Below the pieces are notes generated by a model. It made no database searches, was not told the DNA's origin, and saw nothing but the letters and a program-made list of their open reading frames with translations. From NCBI GenBank assembly GCA_963666735.1, contig OY762926.1, forward strand, positions 320,001 through 384,000: 64,000 nucleotides of DNA. The letters run 5' to 3'. A program made the position numbers and the translations under genes. The stretch comes from Gemmatimonadota bacterium. Its GTDB lineage: Bacteria; Gemmatimonadota; Gemmatimonadetes; Palauibacterales; Palauibacteraceae. This document shows positions 57,001-64,000 of this stretch, piece after piece; within the stretch, counting starts at the first letter, position 1; each line of letters starts with the position of its first letter.

Positions 57001-57096
57001 GGTCTCGCCGAGACGGGCCATCTGGCGCAGCTGATCTTCTCGGGCGATCTGGGGGCCTTCTGGATCGACAACGTCTACTTCCGTCGCGACCAATGA
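54067..57096 (+). CDS. Large lipoprotein with an Ig-like domain and four repeated carbohydrate-binding-like domains
   Basis: ISGC lipobox; Ig-like SSDPGVVTVDADG; four VISLFSD...THFHxDxWT...VKLVDFG...DNxYF repeats with Pro-rich linkers; adjacent to a GH16 gene. Confidence 0.8.
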   Translation: MVPKKPCLPTLSAPAALLLGLVISGCSERDLDSLGPAPSPSSGEVYLDGFSPGLEYHAFGGSKVDALDIDETGGRAGTPSLKFTIPLPNDPAGGYAGGVFVGRPPRDLSVFTALTFWTRARQAATLNTVGFGNDNSGNSRFPAEAGDVTVSTTWSKVILPIPDPSKLSGEGGLFYLAEGAENNQGNEIWFDEVRFEDIRTIANPRPAIASADIAGEPGGTAQVMGTQITYDVAGEDRVMKASPAYFSFGSSDPGVVTVDADGKMTFIGLGTATVTASLGSVRAAGTVTVNVGAAPDGGPPAPARPAENVISLFSDVYDDVTVDTWSAEWDQADFEDVQLAGDNAKKYSNLAFAGIEFTSAPVDASDMSHFHFDLWTGDETAPPAAFRVKLVDFGADGSFGGDDDSEHEITLTAESGLASRTWVSFDVPLTDFAGLRARSSLAQLIISGDPNTIYLDNIYFWGEGAPPPPPPPPPGAMAPEEPAPAPERSADDVISLFSDAYEDVTVDTWSAEWDQADVEDIQVAGDNVKKYSNLVFAGIEFTSAPVDASAMTHFHLDVWTPDPTADPAALRVKLVDFGPNGVHDGGGDDSEHELSLTAASTTPLATGMWLSYDLAFEEMSGLAARASLAQLIISGDPNTIFVDNVYFWGESAPAPSEPPVAAPTPSVAAGDVISLFSDAYEDVTVDTWSAEWDQADVEDIQVAGDNVKKYSSLAFAGIEFTSAPVDASAMTHFHLDVWTPDPTADPAAFRVKLVDFGPNGVHDGGGDDSEHELSLTAASTPPLATGMWLSYDLAFEEMSGLAARASLAQLIISGDPNTIFVDNVYFWGERAPAPSEPPVAAPTPSVAAGDVISLFSDAYEDVAVDTWSADWDQGDVADVEVDGNAAKMYSNVAFVGVEFTSAPVDASEMTHFHIDLWTADETADPAAFRVKLVDFGANGVHDGGGDDSEHELSLTATSDPPLATGVWLSYDIPLADFSGLAETGHLAQLIFSGDLGAFWIDNVYFRRDQ
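54961..57084 (+). repeat. Four intragenic tandem repeats, 537-bp period for units 2-4
   Basis: Units 2 and 3 are nearly identical at DNA level; shadow ORFs recur at 55566, 56103 and 56640. Confidence 0.93.
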
Positions 57097-57947
57097 GCGG
57101 CGTGTGCGCGGTGACTCGGTTCGGATCCATCGCGAGAGCCTGTTCCGGAATGGGGCCGCTGGCGGCCCTGGTCGTCATCTCGGCGGGGTGCGGCGGCGAG
57201 GAGGAGCCCACGGCCCCGAGCCCGGCGCAGCTGATTTGGGAGGATGAATTCGATGGGCCGGCCGGCCAGTTGCCGGACCCGTCGCGCTGGGCGTTCGACA
57301 TCGGCACCGATTGGGGAAACCGGCAACTCGAGTTCGACACGGACCGTCCCGAAAACGTCTCCCTCGATGGGAACGGGAACCTGGCCATCACCGCTCGTCG
57401 CGAGGCTTTCAGCGGCAGTCAGTTCACGTCGGGCCGGATCAAGACCCAGCGGCTCTTCGAACAGGCCTATGGGCGTTTCGAGGCCCGCATCGACCTCCCC
57501 GCGGGCCGGGGCATCTGGCCCGCCTTCTGGCTGTTGGGCGCCGACATCGACACGGTCGGCTGGCCGGAGTGTGGCGAGATCGACGTGATGGAGTTCCGGG
57601 GGCAGGAACCGTCGGTCGTCCATGGCAGCCTGCACGGGCCGGGCTACTCGGCCGGCAACGCCGTGACGGCGCGCTACGCGCTGAACAACGACCGCTTCGA
57701 CACGGGCTTTCACACCTTCGCCGTCGAGTGGACCGAAGACCGGATCGAGTGGTTCGTGGACGGAGAGCGCTACCAGTCGGTCGGGCGTGACGACGTGCCG
57801 GGGCGCTGGGCCTACGACCACCCCTTCTTCATCATCCTGAATGTGGCGGTGGGCGGCGGCTTCGTCGGCCCGCCGGGCGAAGGCACGACCTTCCCGCAGA
57901 CGATGCTCGTCGACTGGGTGCGCGTCTACGGAATCGACGACTCGTGA
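57093..57947 (+). CDS. Glycoside hydrolase family 16 (laminarinase-type) lipoprotein
   Basis: GIWPAFW, WPECGEIDVME catalytic ExDxxE, LNVAVGG; SAGC lipobox. Confidence 0.95.
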   Translation: MSGVCAVTRFGSIARACSGMGPLAALVVISAGCGGEEEPTAPSPAQLIWEDEFDGPAGQLPDPSRWAFDIGTDWGNRQLEFDTDRPENVSLDGNGNLAITARREAFSGSQFTSGRIKTQRLFEQAYGRFEARIDLPAGRGIWPAFWLLGADIDTVGWPECGEIDVMEFRGQEPSVVHGSLHGPGYSAGNAVTARYALNNDRFDTGFHTFAVEWTEDRIEWFVDGERYQSVGRDDVPGRWAYDHPFFIILNVAVGGGFVGPPGEGTTFPQTMLVDWVRVYGIDDS

Positions 57948-60007
57948 CCCACCGCACGGCCCCCGGCGACCGGATCTCCTTTCCGCACAAGATCGTCTAC
58001 GGGGTCGGCGGATTCGTAAACAACCTCCTTGCGCAGGGAATCGGCGGGATGACCGTCGTGCTCACGCTGGCCCTCGGCATGGATTTCCGGCTCGTGGGCC
58101 TGCTCGGCATGCTGCCGAGGTTCTTTGACGCGATCACGGACCCGCTCGTCGGTTTCGTCTCCGACCGGACGCGCTCCCGGTGGGGTCGGCGCCGACCGTT
58201 CCTGTTCGTTGGAGCGATCCTCTCCGGCGTCATCTTCGCGCTCCTGTGGCAGATGCCCGCGCCGACCCAGTTTCGGATCAAGCTGGTCGATTATGGCGCC
58301 GACGGGGTGTACAGCGGCGATGTCACCGGCGAGCCGGTCAGCATATTCGAAGCCGTTGGAGAATCGCTGCGCGACATCGTGACCATCGAAGTCACGGACG
58401 ATGTCGAGGACGAGGTCGCAATTCTTCCCCCGACGCTCGTCACCGGTGGCTGGGTCGGAATCGACGTGCCGCTCTCCGATTTCGACGAGCTCACCACGCG
58501 CGGGCACCTGTCCCAGATCCTGATTTCGGGCGACCTCACCGAAGTGTACGTCGACAACGTCTATCTCTATCGGACGGACGACACGGCGAGAGTGACGGTC
58601 TCGGGCGAGGACCGGGAAGGCCGCACGGCGCCGGACGTGCCCGCGCCCGTCCCCGCGTACCCGGCCGACAATGTGATCTCGTTCTTCAGCAACGAGTATG
58701 ACGATGTGCAGGTGGACTTCTGGTCCACGGACTGGGACGAGGCCGACGTGAGGGACGCCGGGGCCGCCGGCGACGACGTCAAGCACTACACCAACCTGAG
58801 GTTCGCCGGCATCGACTTCGGCCGGCAGCCGGTGGACGCCGGCGCCATGACGCATATCCATATGGATATCTGGACGCCGGAGACCACCGGCGAGGGCCGC
58901 AGTCAGGCGTACTATTTTTGGTACTTTCTGGTCGGGTCGCTGATCTTTTTCCTTGCTTACACCATCTTCGCCACGCCCTGGGTGGCGCTGGGGTACGAAC
59001 TCACGCCCGATTTCCATGAGCGCACGCGCCTCATGGGCGTGCAGAACTTCGTCGGGAACATCGCCTTCGTGATCGCTCCGTGGTTCCTCGTCGTAATGAC
59101 GAATCCGGCGTGGTTCCGGAACCAGATGGCCGGGGCCAGATTCCTGGCGCTCGGGATCTGCGTGACCGTCATCGCACTCGGGGTGCTGCCGGCGCTCTTC
59201 CTCCGCGAGCGGATCCCCGCGACGGCGGGGAACGAAGAGCGGAGCAGTGGACGCGAAGCCGTGGGCGAGTTCTTCGGAGGCCTCTGGCAGACGGTTCGAA
59301 CCGGCCCCTTCCTTCTGCTCTGCGTCGCGACCTTCCTGATCTTCAACAGCTTCATCATGATCTCGGCATTCCAGTTCTGGGTGTTCGTGTACTACGTCTC
59401 CGGCGGCAGCGTGGCGGACGGAGCGTCGCTAGCCGGACTTGTGGGCACGCTCGGCATCGTCGCCGGATTCGCGGTGATCGCGATCGTGACCTGGCTGGGT
59501 ACGAAGATCGGTAAGCGGAACGCCTTCTTCATCTCCACCGGGATCTCGATGTTCGGCTATGCGCTGAAATGGTTCTGCTACCACCCCGAATATCCCATGC
59601 TCACCCTGCTTCCGGCTCCCTTTCTGGCCTTCGGGCTGGGCGGCCTGTTCACACTGATGGGATCGATGATCGCGGACGTGGTGGACCTCGATGAGCTGAA
59701 CACGGGCGAGCGGCGCGAGGGGATGTTCGGGTCGGTGTACTGGTGGGTCGTAAAGGTGGGACAGAGCATCGCGCTGGGAGCGGGAGGCTTCCTGCTCGCC
59801 TCGACGGGACTCGATATCGACCTCGGCGCGAACCAGGCCGCGCGGACCATCACTCTACTGCGGGCGTACGACGCCTTCATACCCTTGATCGCTTCCGCGA
59901 TCGCGATCTTCGCGATCTACAAGTACCCGGTCACGGAGAGTACCGCCCTCAAGGTGCGGGCGCAGCTGGAGGAGCGGAGAGGGGCTGGCGCGGCAGCCGC
60001 CACCTGA
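57944..60007 (+). CDS. MFS glycoside-pentoside-hexuronide transporter with an inserted soluble domain
   Basis: DAITDP, SDRTRSRWGRRRPF, ALGYELTPDFHERT and ADVVD...GERREG motifs; about 210-aa insert after TM3. Confidence 0.9.
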   Translation: MTHRTAPGDRISFPHKIVYGVGGFVNNLLAQGIGGMTVVLTLALGMDFRLVGLLGMLPRFFDAITDPLVGFVSDRTRSRWGRRRPFLFVGAILSGVIFALLWQMPAPTQFRIKLVDYGADGVYSGDVTGEPVSIFEAVGESLRDIVTIEVTDDVEDEVAILPPTLVTGGWVGIDVPLSDFDELTTRGHLSQILISGDLTEVYVDNVYLYRTDDTARVTVSGEDREGRTAPDVPAPVPAYPADNVISFFSNEYDDVQVDFWSTDWDEADVRDAGAAGDDVKHYTNLRFAGIDFGRQPVDAGAMTHIHMDIWTPETTGEGRSQAYYFWYFLVGSLIFFLAYTIFATPWVALGYELTPDFHERTRLMGVQNFVGNIAFVIAPWFLVVMTNPAWFRNQMAGARFLALGICVTVIALGVLPALFLRERIPATAGNEERSSGREAVGEFFGGLWQTVRTGPFLLLCVATFLIFNSFIMISAFQFWVFVYYVSGGSVADGASLAGLVGTLGIVAGFAVIAIVTWLGTKIGKRNAFFISTGISMFGYALKWFCYHPEYPMLTLLPAPFLAFGLGGLFTLMGSMIADVVDLDELNTGERREGMFGSVYWWVVKVGQSIALGAGGFLLASTGLDIDLGANQAARTITLLRAYDAFIPLIASAIAIFAIYKYPVTESTALKVRAQLEERRGAGAAAAT

Positions 60008-60036
60008 CCGAACCGCCACCTGGCCGTCAGGAGCCG

Positions 60037-61878
60037 TCAGGAGGCTTCCGCTCGCCCTGCCCCGGGGCGAGAGCCCATGGTGAGTCCATAGCCGACGGGG
60101 AACCGCGTCTCGTCCGGTTCGCCCCGGGCAACATCGTTCGCGGGCCATGTGTGGGCGAGGCGGCCCTGGAACTCGTGGTCGCCGAACAGCACTTCGGCGA
60201 CGCCGGCTCCCTCCGAGCCCGGCAGCCAGGCAGCCACGAACGCGTCCGCCGCCTCCAGTTCCTCCGTGACGACCAGCGGCCGCCCGGAAACGAGGACGGC
60301 CACCACCCGGATACCTCGGGCTCTCAGCGACCGAATGGTAGCGAGGTCCTCGGGGTGCAGCCGCGATAGCCGCAGGGTGTCGCCGTAGGGGCGAAGACGG
60401 GCGGGGCCCGGGGCGGGGGGCTGGACCTCGTCCGCGCCCGGAGCTTCCGGAGGAGGCGCAGTCCAATCTCGGATGTCGCCCGGACCCTCGGCGTAGGGTT
60501 CTTCTCCGATCACGACGATGGCCACTTCAAAGTGTCCGTCGTCCTCCGCCCCATCGTTCTCGCCCAACCGTTGCGCGCGCGGTGCGATCTGCCTGATGCC
60601 CTCCCAGACGGACGCGCCCCCCTCGATCCGGCCGTTCCCCCGCACGCCCTGCCATTCCACCGTGAAGCCCCCGCACAACGCCCCTCGATCATGCGCGTTG
60701 CGCCCCGCGACGAGTATCCGGGCGTCGCGGTGGAGCGGGAGGACACTCTCTTCATTCTTCAGCAAAACCAGCGACTTTCGTACGGCCTCTCTCGCCACCT
60801 CGCGGTGGCCCGCGGACCCGAAGCTGGCGTGGTTCGACCACTTTCGGGCGGCCGGACGCGGTTGGTCGAAGAGTCCGCAAGCCTCCTTTACGGCGAGGAT
60901 CCGCCCCGCCGCATCATCGATGCGCGCTTCGTCCACGGCACCCGCCTCCACCTGTCTCACGACTTCCGAGATGAACCGCGGCCATTGTTCCGGAACCATG
61001 AAGAGGTCGATCCCCGCGCTGACCGACCTGCGGACGGCCTCACCGAAATCGTCCGAGATCGCGAAGATGCCGTTCCAGTCCGACACGACGAACCCGGAGA
61101 AGCCCAGCTCGCCCTTGAGCACATCCGTGATGAGATACCGGTGCTCGTGACACAGGACCCCCTTCCAGCTGCTGAGCGAGACCATGACGGCGAGAGCGCC
61201 GACTTCCAGTGCCGGGACATACGGAGACAGGTGCGTTCTCCGCAGCTCCGCCTCCTCCGCCAGGGTCTGCCCCTGATCCACGCCGTCCATCGTGCCGCCG
61301 TCTCCGGCCCAGTGCTTCGGACAGGCGAGGACCCCGTCATCGCCGAAACCCGCCTGCAGACCCCGGACGATCCGCGGAGCGTATTCCGCGACGAGATCCG
61401 GCACTTCGGAGAAGCTCTCGTAGCTTCGGCCCCAGCGGCAGTCACCGGCGACGGCCAGCGTGGGCGCCAGATTCCAGTCCAGCCCGGTCGCCAGCACCTC
61501 CCGGGCGGTCACGCGGGCGATGCGTTCCACGAGTGCCGGGTCGTGAGCCGCGCCCAGGCCGATATTGTGTGGGAAGACGGTGGCGCCGAGGACATTGTTG
61601 TGCCCGTGGACGGCGTCCACCGCGTAGATGAGAGGGATGCCGGGCTGTCCGTCCCACCCCTCCGTCGAGGCGGCCCAGTAGGCGTCGTTCGTTGCGACCC
61701 AGTCCGCGGGGCGGTTGCGGCCGGGGAGTGAGCCCGCGCCGCTGAGGACCGAACCCACACCGAAGCGGCGGACCTGCTCAGGCGAGATGTGCAGCCTCTC
61801 GGCCTGCACCATCTGCGCGGCCTTGCGCGGAAGGCTGAGCCGCGAGAGAAGGCGCGCGACACGCGTCGATGGCTTCAC
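60037..61878 (-). CDS. Glycoside hydrolase family 3 beta-glucosidase
   Basis: DAVHGH, RWGRSYE, KHWAGDGGT, VSDW nucleophile, GEEPYAEG and AWLPGSEG motifs; start uncertain. Confidence 0.93.
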   Translation of the reverse strand: MKPSTRVARLLSRLSLPRKAAQMVQAERLHISPEQVRRFGVGSVLSGAGSLPGRNRPADWVATNDAYWAASTEGWDGQPGIPLIYAVDAVHGHNNVLGATVFPHNIGLGAAHDPALVERIARVTAREVLATGLDWNLAPTLAVAGDCRWGRSYESFSEVPDLVAEYAPRIVRGLQAGFGDDGVLACPKHWAGDGGTMDGVDQGQTLAEEAELRRTHLSPYVPALEVGALAVMVSLSSWKGVLCHEHRYLITDVLKGELGFSGFVVSDWNGIFAISDDFGEAVRRSVSAGIDLFMVPEQWPRFISEVVRQVEAGAVDEARIDDAAGRILAVKEACGLFDQPRPAARKWSNHASFGSAGHREVAREAVRKSLVLLKNEESVLPLHRDARILVAGRNAHDRGALCGGFTVEWQGVRGNGRIEGGASVWEGIRQIAPRAQRLGENDGAEDDGHFEVAIVVIGEEPYAEGPGDIRDWTAPPPEAPGADEVQPPAPGPARLRPYGDTLRLSRLHPEDLATIRSLRARGIRVVAVLVSGRPLVVTEELEAADAFVAAWLPGSEGAGVAEVLFGDHEFQGRLAHTWPANDVARGEPDETRFPVGYGLTMGSRPGAGRAEAS

Positions 61879-61919
61879 CTGCGGGGGTCGGAACGATGCC
61901 TGGCGGTTGGGCCGGCCAC

Positions 61920-64000
61920 TCACATGGCGATGTGGACGTACGTCCGGATCTCCCACTCGCTCCCGTCATCGCCCGAGCGTCCCGGCTCGCAGGTGGCGAA
62001 GCCGTTGGCGTCGACCGACGGGGCGGCGCAGTAACGGGGTGAATTCATGTCCAGCGACCGCCATCCGGCCCGGATTCCGAACCGTGTCCCCGGCATGTCG
62101 AACCAGCCCGGCCGGCCCAGGGAGTAGGAAAGGTCGGCCATCAACTGAAGCGGGAACGTGTGGTTGAAGTCGCGGTGATAGTCGTAGGGTCCCCAGTCGT
62201 TCACCCTCGCGAACGTTTCCAGCTTGAGCGGCCCGCTGATCGCCCGCAGTTGGATCCCATGCCGGCGGATGAGACGCTGGCTGTCTCCGTTCGGCTCGCC
62301 GGTCCCCGTGTAGATGTTGGCGATGAAGCCGGAACTGCCGGTCCGCTTGGAGACGAGGCGGGCGTTCACCTCCCACACGTCCCGCGCGGGCGGGGCGCCC
62401 GGGAAGGCGAAGATGGATCGTCCATCGGCCAGGATCCCGATCCCCGCGTCCTGCGTTGTGCCGAAGCTCTTGTAAGTGAATCCGACGGTGGCCGCGAAGG
62501 CCGCATCCTCGCGTATGTCGCTGTCCCACGAGTGCATCCACGTCGCGGGCGTGGGGTCGTAGGTGAGGAGGAACTCCAGCGCTCTCGTCTCCCGGTTCCA
62601 TCCGCGGACGGCGAACGGGTCGTCGACGACGTTGCGCGGACGCGCCGGCGCCGGGGCGTCCGCCGGAACCGGTCCCACGATCGGCCTCTGCCACAGGAAA
62701 TTGGGCGCGATCTGCCAGTTGCCCGCGTTCAGGGCCACGCCCGTGAGGACGTTGTACTGGTTTCCCATCCCGCTGTCGCGCAGCCACCAGCCGGTGAAGG
62801 TCTGCGTCGCGGTGGGCCCGCCCTCCGCGACCAGGCCCATCGCGGCCCCCTGGACGTACCAGTTCCAGCGGCCCCTGGTGAGAGTGAGCTTGGCCTTGGC
62901 GCCGAACGCATCCCTCGCCTCGATCTGGTCTCCGAGCACCTCGTAGCTTCCAGGGTCGCCGCGCACGATCTGGAACGCCTGCCCCTCCTTGGTGGATCCG
63001 GACCAGATGCCGCCCACCTCGATCACGGCGTCGCCGCGAGTGGCGGCAACGTGCACGGTCGCCTTGCGGGTCGGGGGCAGCGGCACGGCGAACGAACTCG
63101 CCACGGCCCCCTGTTCGGCGAGGTCCTCCTGATAGACGACCGTCGTCTGGAACGGCCCCACGTTCTTCGTCAGCTTGCCGAGGACCGCCGGATTCGCGCC
63201 CCACCAGAGTTCGGGACCGAACGCCACGGACAGACCGTCGAACAGTCTCTTGCCCTCGATCTCCACTCCCAGCGGCGCCATGCCGTTGTAGATGTCGATA
63301 TTCGGACCGTAGTTGGCCTCGCGGTACAGTCCGAAGAAGTCTCCCTCGTAGCCCCAGTGATAGTGGCCGGTGCGATAGAAGCCGTTGAGGCGGAACCATG
63401 AATCGTCCCACGACAGATTCGCCTGGTAGACCTTCAGCCGTTCGAGGTCGCCGAGAACGAACTGTTCGCCGTCGGCCTCCACGGTGCGGGGCCGCCCGCG
63501 GTTCTCGTAGAAGATCTCGTCGATGGGGTTGTTCGGGACCGCCCCGAGCACGTTGACGATGACTTCGCCCTCAATGCCTCCGGCCGGCCGCGCCGTGATG
63601 CCGCCGTAGAACGACTGCAGCTGGTCGAAGCCCCGGAACGATGGCCGCCCACGCGAGACGGTTGGGGCATCCTCCGGAGTGCTGATGACCGAACCGCCGG
63701 TGCTGAACGTCTCGAACTCCGCCCGCAGACTACTCACCTGGAAGCGATCGAGGATCGAGGAACTGAACGCCGCCCGGTCGCCGCGCGCCTGAAGCTCGGC
63801 CGTCTCGGGCATGATCGACGCAAAATGCCGCCCGATCGTCTCCATCGTCGTCCCCGGCCCGTAGGGATCGAGTTCGTAGACGTCGCGGAGGGCATAGTAC
63901 GCGGCGCGCGGGAACAGTTCGTACAGGCCCTCGTGGTCCGTCGGTCCCTTCGCGACGATACCCCACCACTCCTCGTTCATGTTGTTCTGGCCGGGCACGT
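61920..64000 (-). CDS. C-terminal part of a large glycosidase-like protein (probable GH2-type TIM barrel end plus beta-rich domain); 5' end lies outside the window
   Basis: NNMNEEWWGI...PRAAYYAL resembles the end of a clan GH-A barrel, followed by about 600 aa of amphipathic, aromatic beta-strands; context is a beta-glucan locus. Confidence 0.6.
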   Translation of the reverse strand, partial: VPGQNNMNEEWWGIVAKGPTDHEGLYELFPRAAYYALRDVYELDPYGPGTTMETIGRHFASIMPETAELQARGDRAAFSSSILDRFQVSSLRAEFETFSTGGSVISTPEDAPTVSRGRPSFRGFDQLQSFYGGITARPAGGIEGEVIVNVLGAVPNNPIDEIFYENRGRPRTVEADGEQFVLGDLERLKVYQANLSWDDSWFRLNGFYRTGHYHWGYEGDFFGLYREANYGPNIDIYNGMAPLGVEIEGKRLFDGLSVAFGPELWWGANPAVLGKLTKNVGPFQTTVVYQEDLAEQGAVASSFAVPLPPTRKATVHVAATRGDAVIEVGGIWSGSTKEGQAFQIVRGDPGSYEVLGDQIEARDAFGAKAKLTLTRGRWNWYVQGAAMGLVAEGGPTATQTFTGWWLRDSGMGNQYNVLTGVALNAGNWQIAPNFLWQRPIVGPVPADAPAPARPRNVVDDPFAVRGWNRETRALEFLLTYDPTPATWMHSWDSDIREDAAFAATVGFTYKSFGTTQDAGIGILADGRSIFAFPGAPPARDVWEVNARLVSKRTGSSGFIANIYTGTGEPNGDSQRLIRRHGIQLRAISGPLKLETFARVNDWGPYDYHRDFNHTFPLQLMADLSYSLGRPGWFDMPGTRFGIRAGWRSLDMNSPRYCAAPSVDANGFATCEPGRSGDDGSEWEIRTYVHIAM

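Overview
This is a GC-rich bacterial chromosomal segment with about 50 genes, many encoding secreted or periplasmic proteins: two TonB-dependent receptors, peptidases, hydrolases and at least seven NHL/6-bladed beta-propeller genes. The gene content resembles Gemmatimonadota/Acidobacteriota-type genomes (inference only). It carries one tRNA-Leu(TAA), a MazEF/PemK toxin-antitoxin pair, a Cu/Zn uptake locus, an arsI-like/sigZ-like pair and a beta-1,3-glucan (laminarin-type) utilisation locus at the right end. No CRISPR array, rRNA or intact mobile element was seen. The most unusual signals are five. (1) A repeated two-gene cassette of a small secreted Cys-rich protein ending in Cys, overlapping a lipoprotein beta-propeller gene. 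It occurs as a three-unit array at 12.0-17.1 kb, whose middle unit keeps only the peptide C-terminus, and again at 33.7-35.0 kb. (2) An MFS sugar transporter carrying a circularly permuted copy of the neighbouring glycan-binding-like repeat in a predicted periplasmic loop. (3) An ArsC-like protein with an in-frame TGA giving a UxxC motif and a SECIS-like hairpin. (4) A His-rich leader ORF ending in RAPP upstream of a metal TonB receptor. (5) Several gene remnants around the cassette array. All family calls are from motif recognition by eye; no database searches were run.
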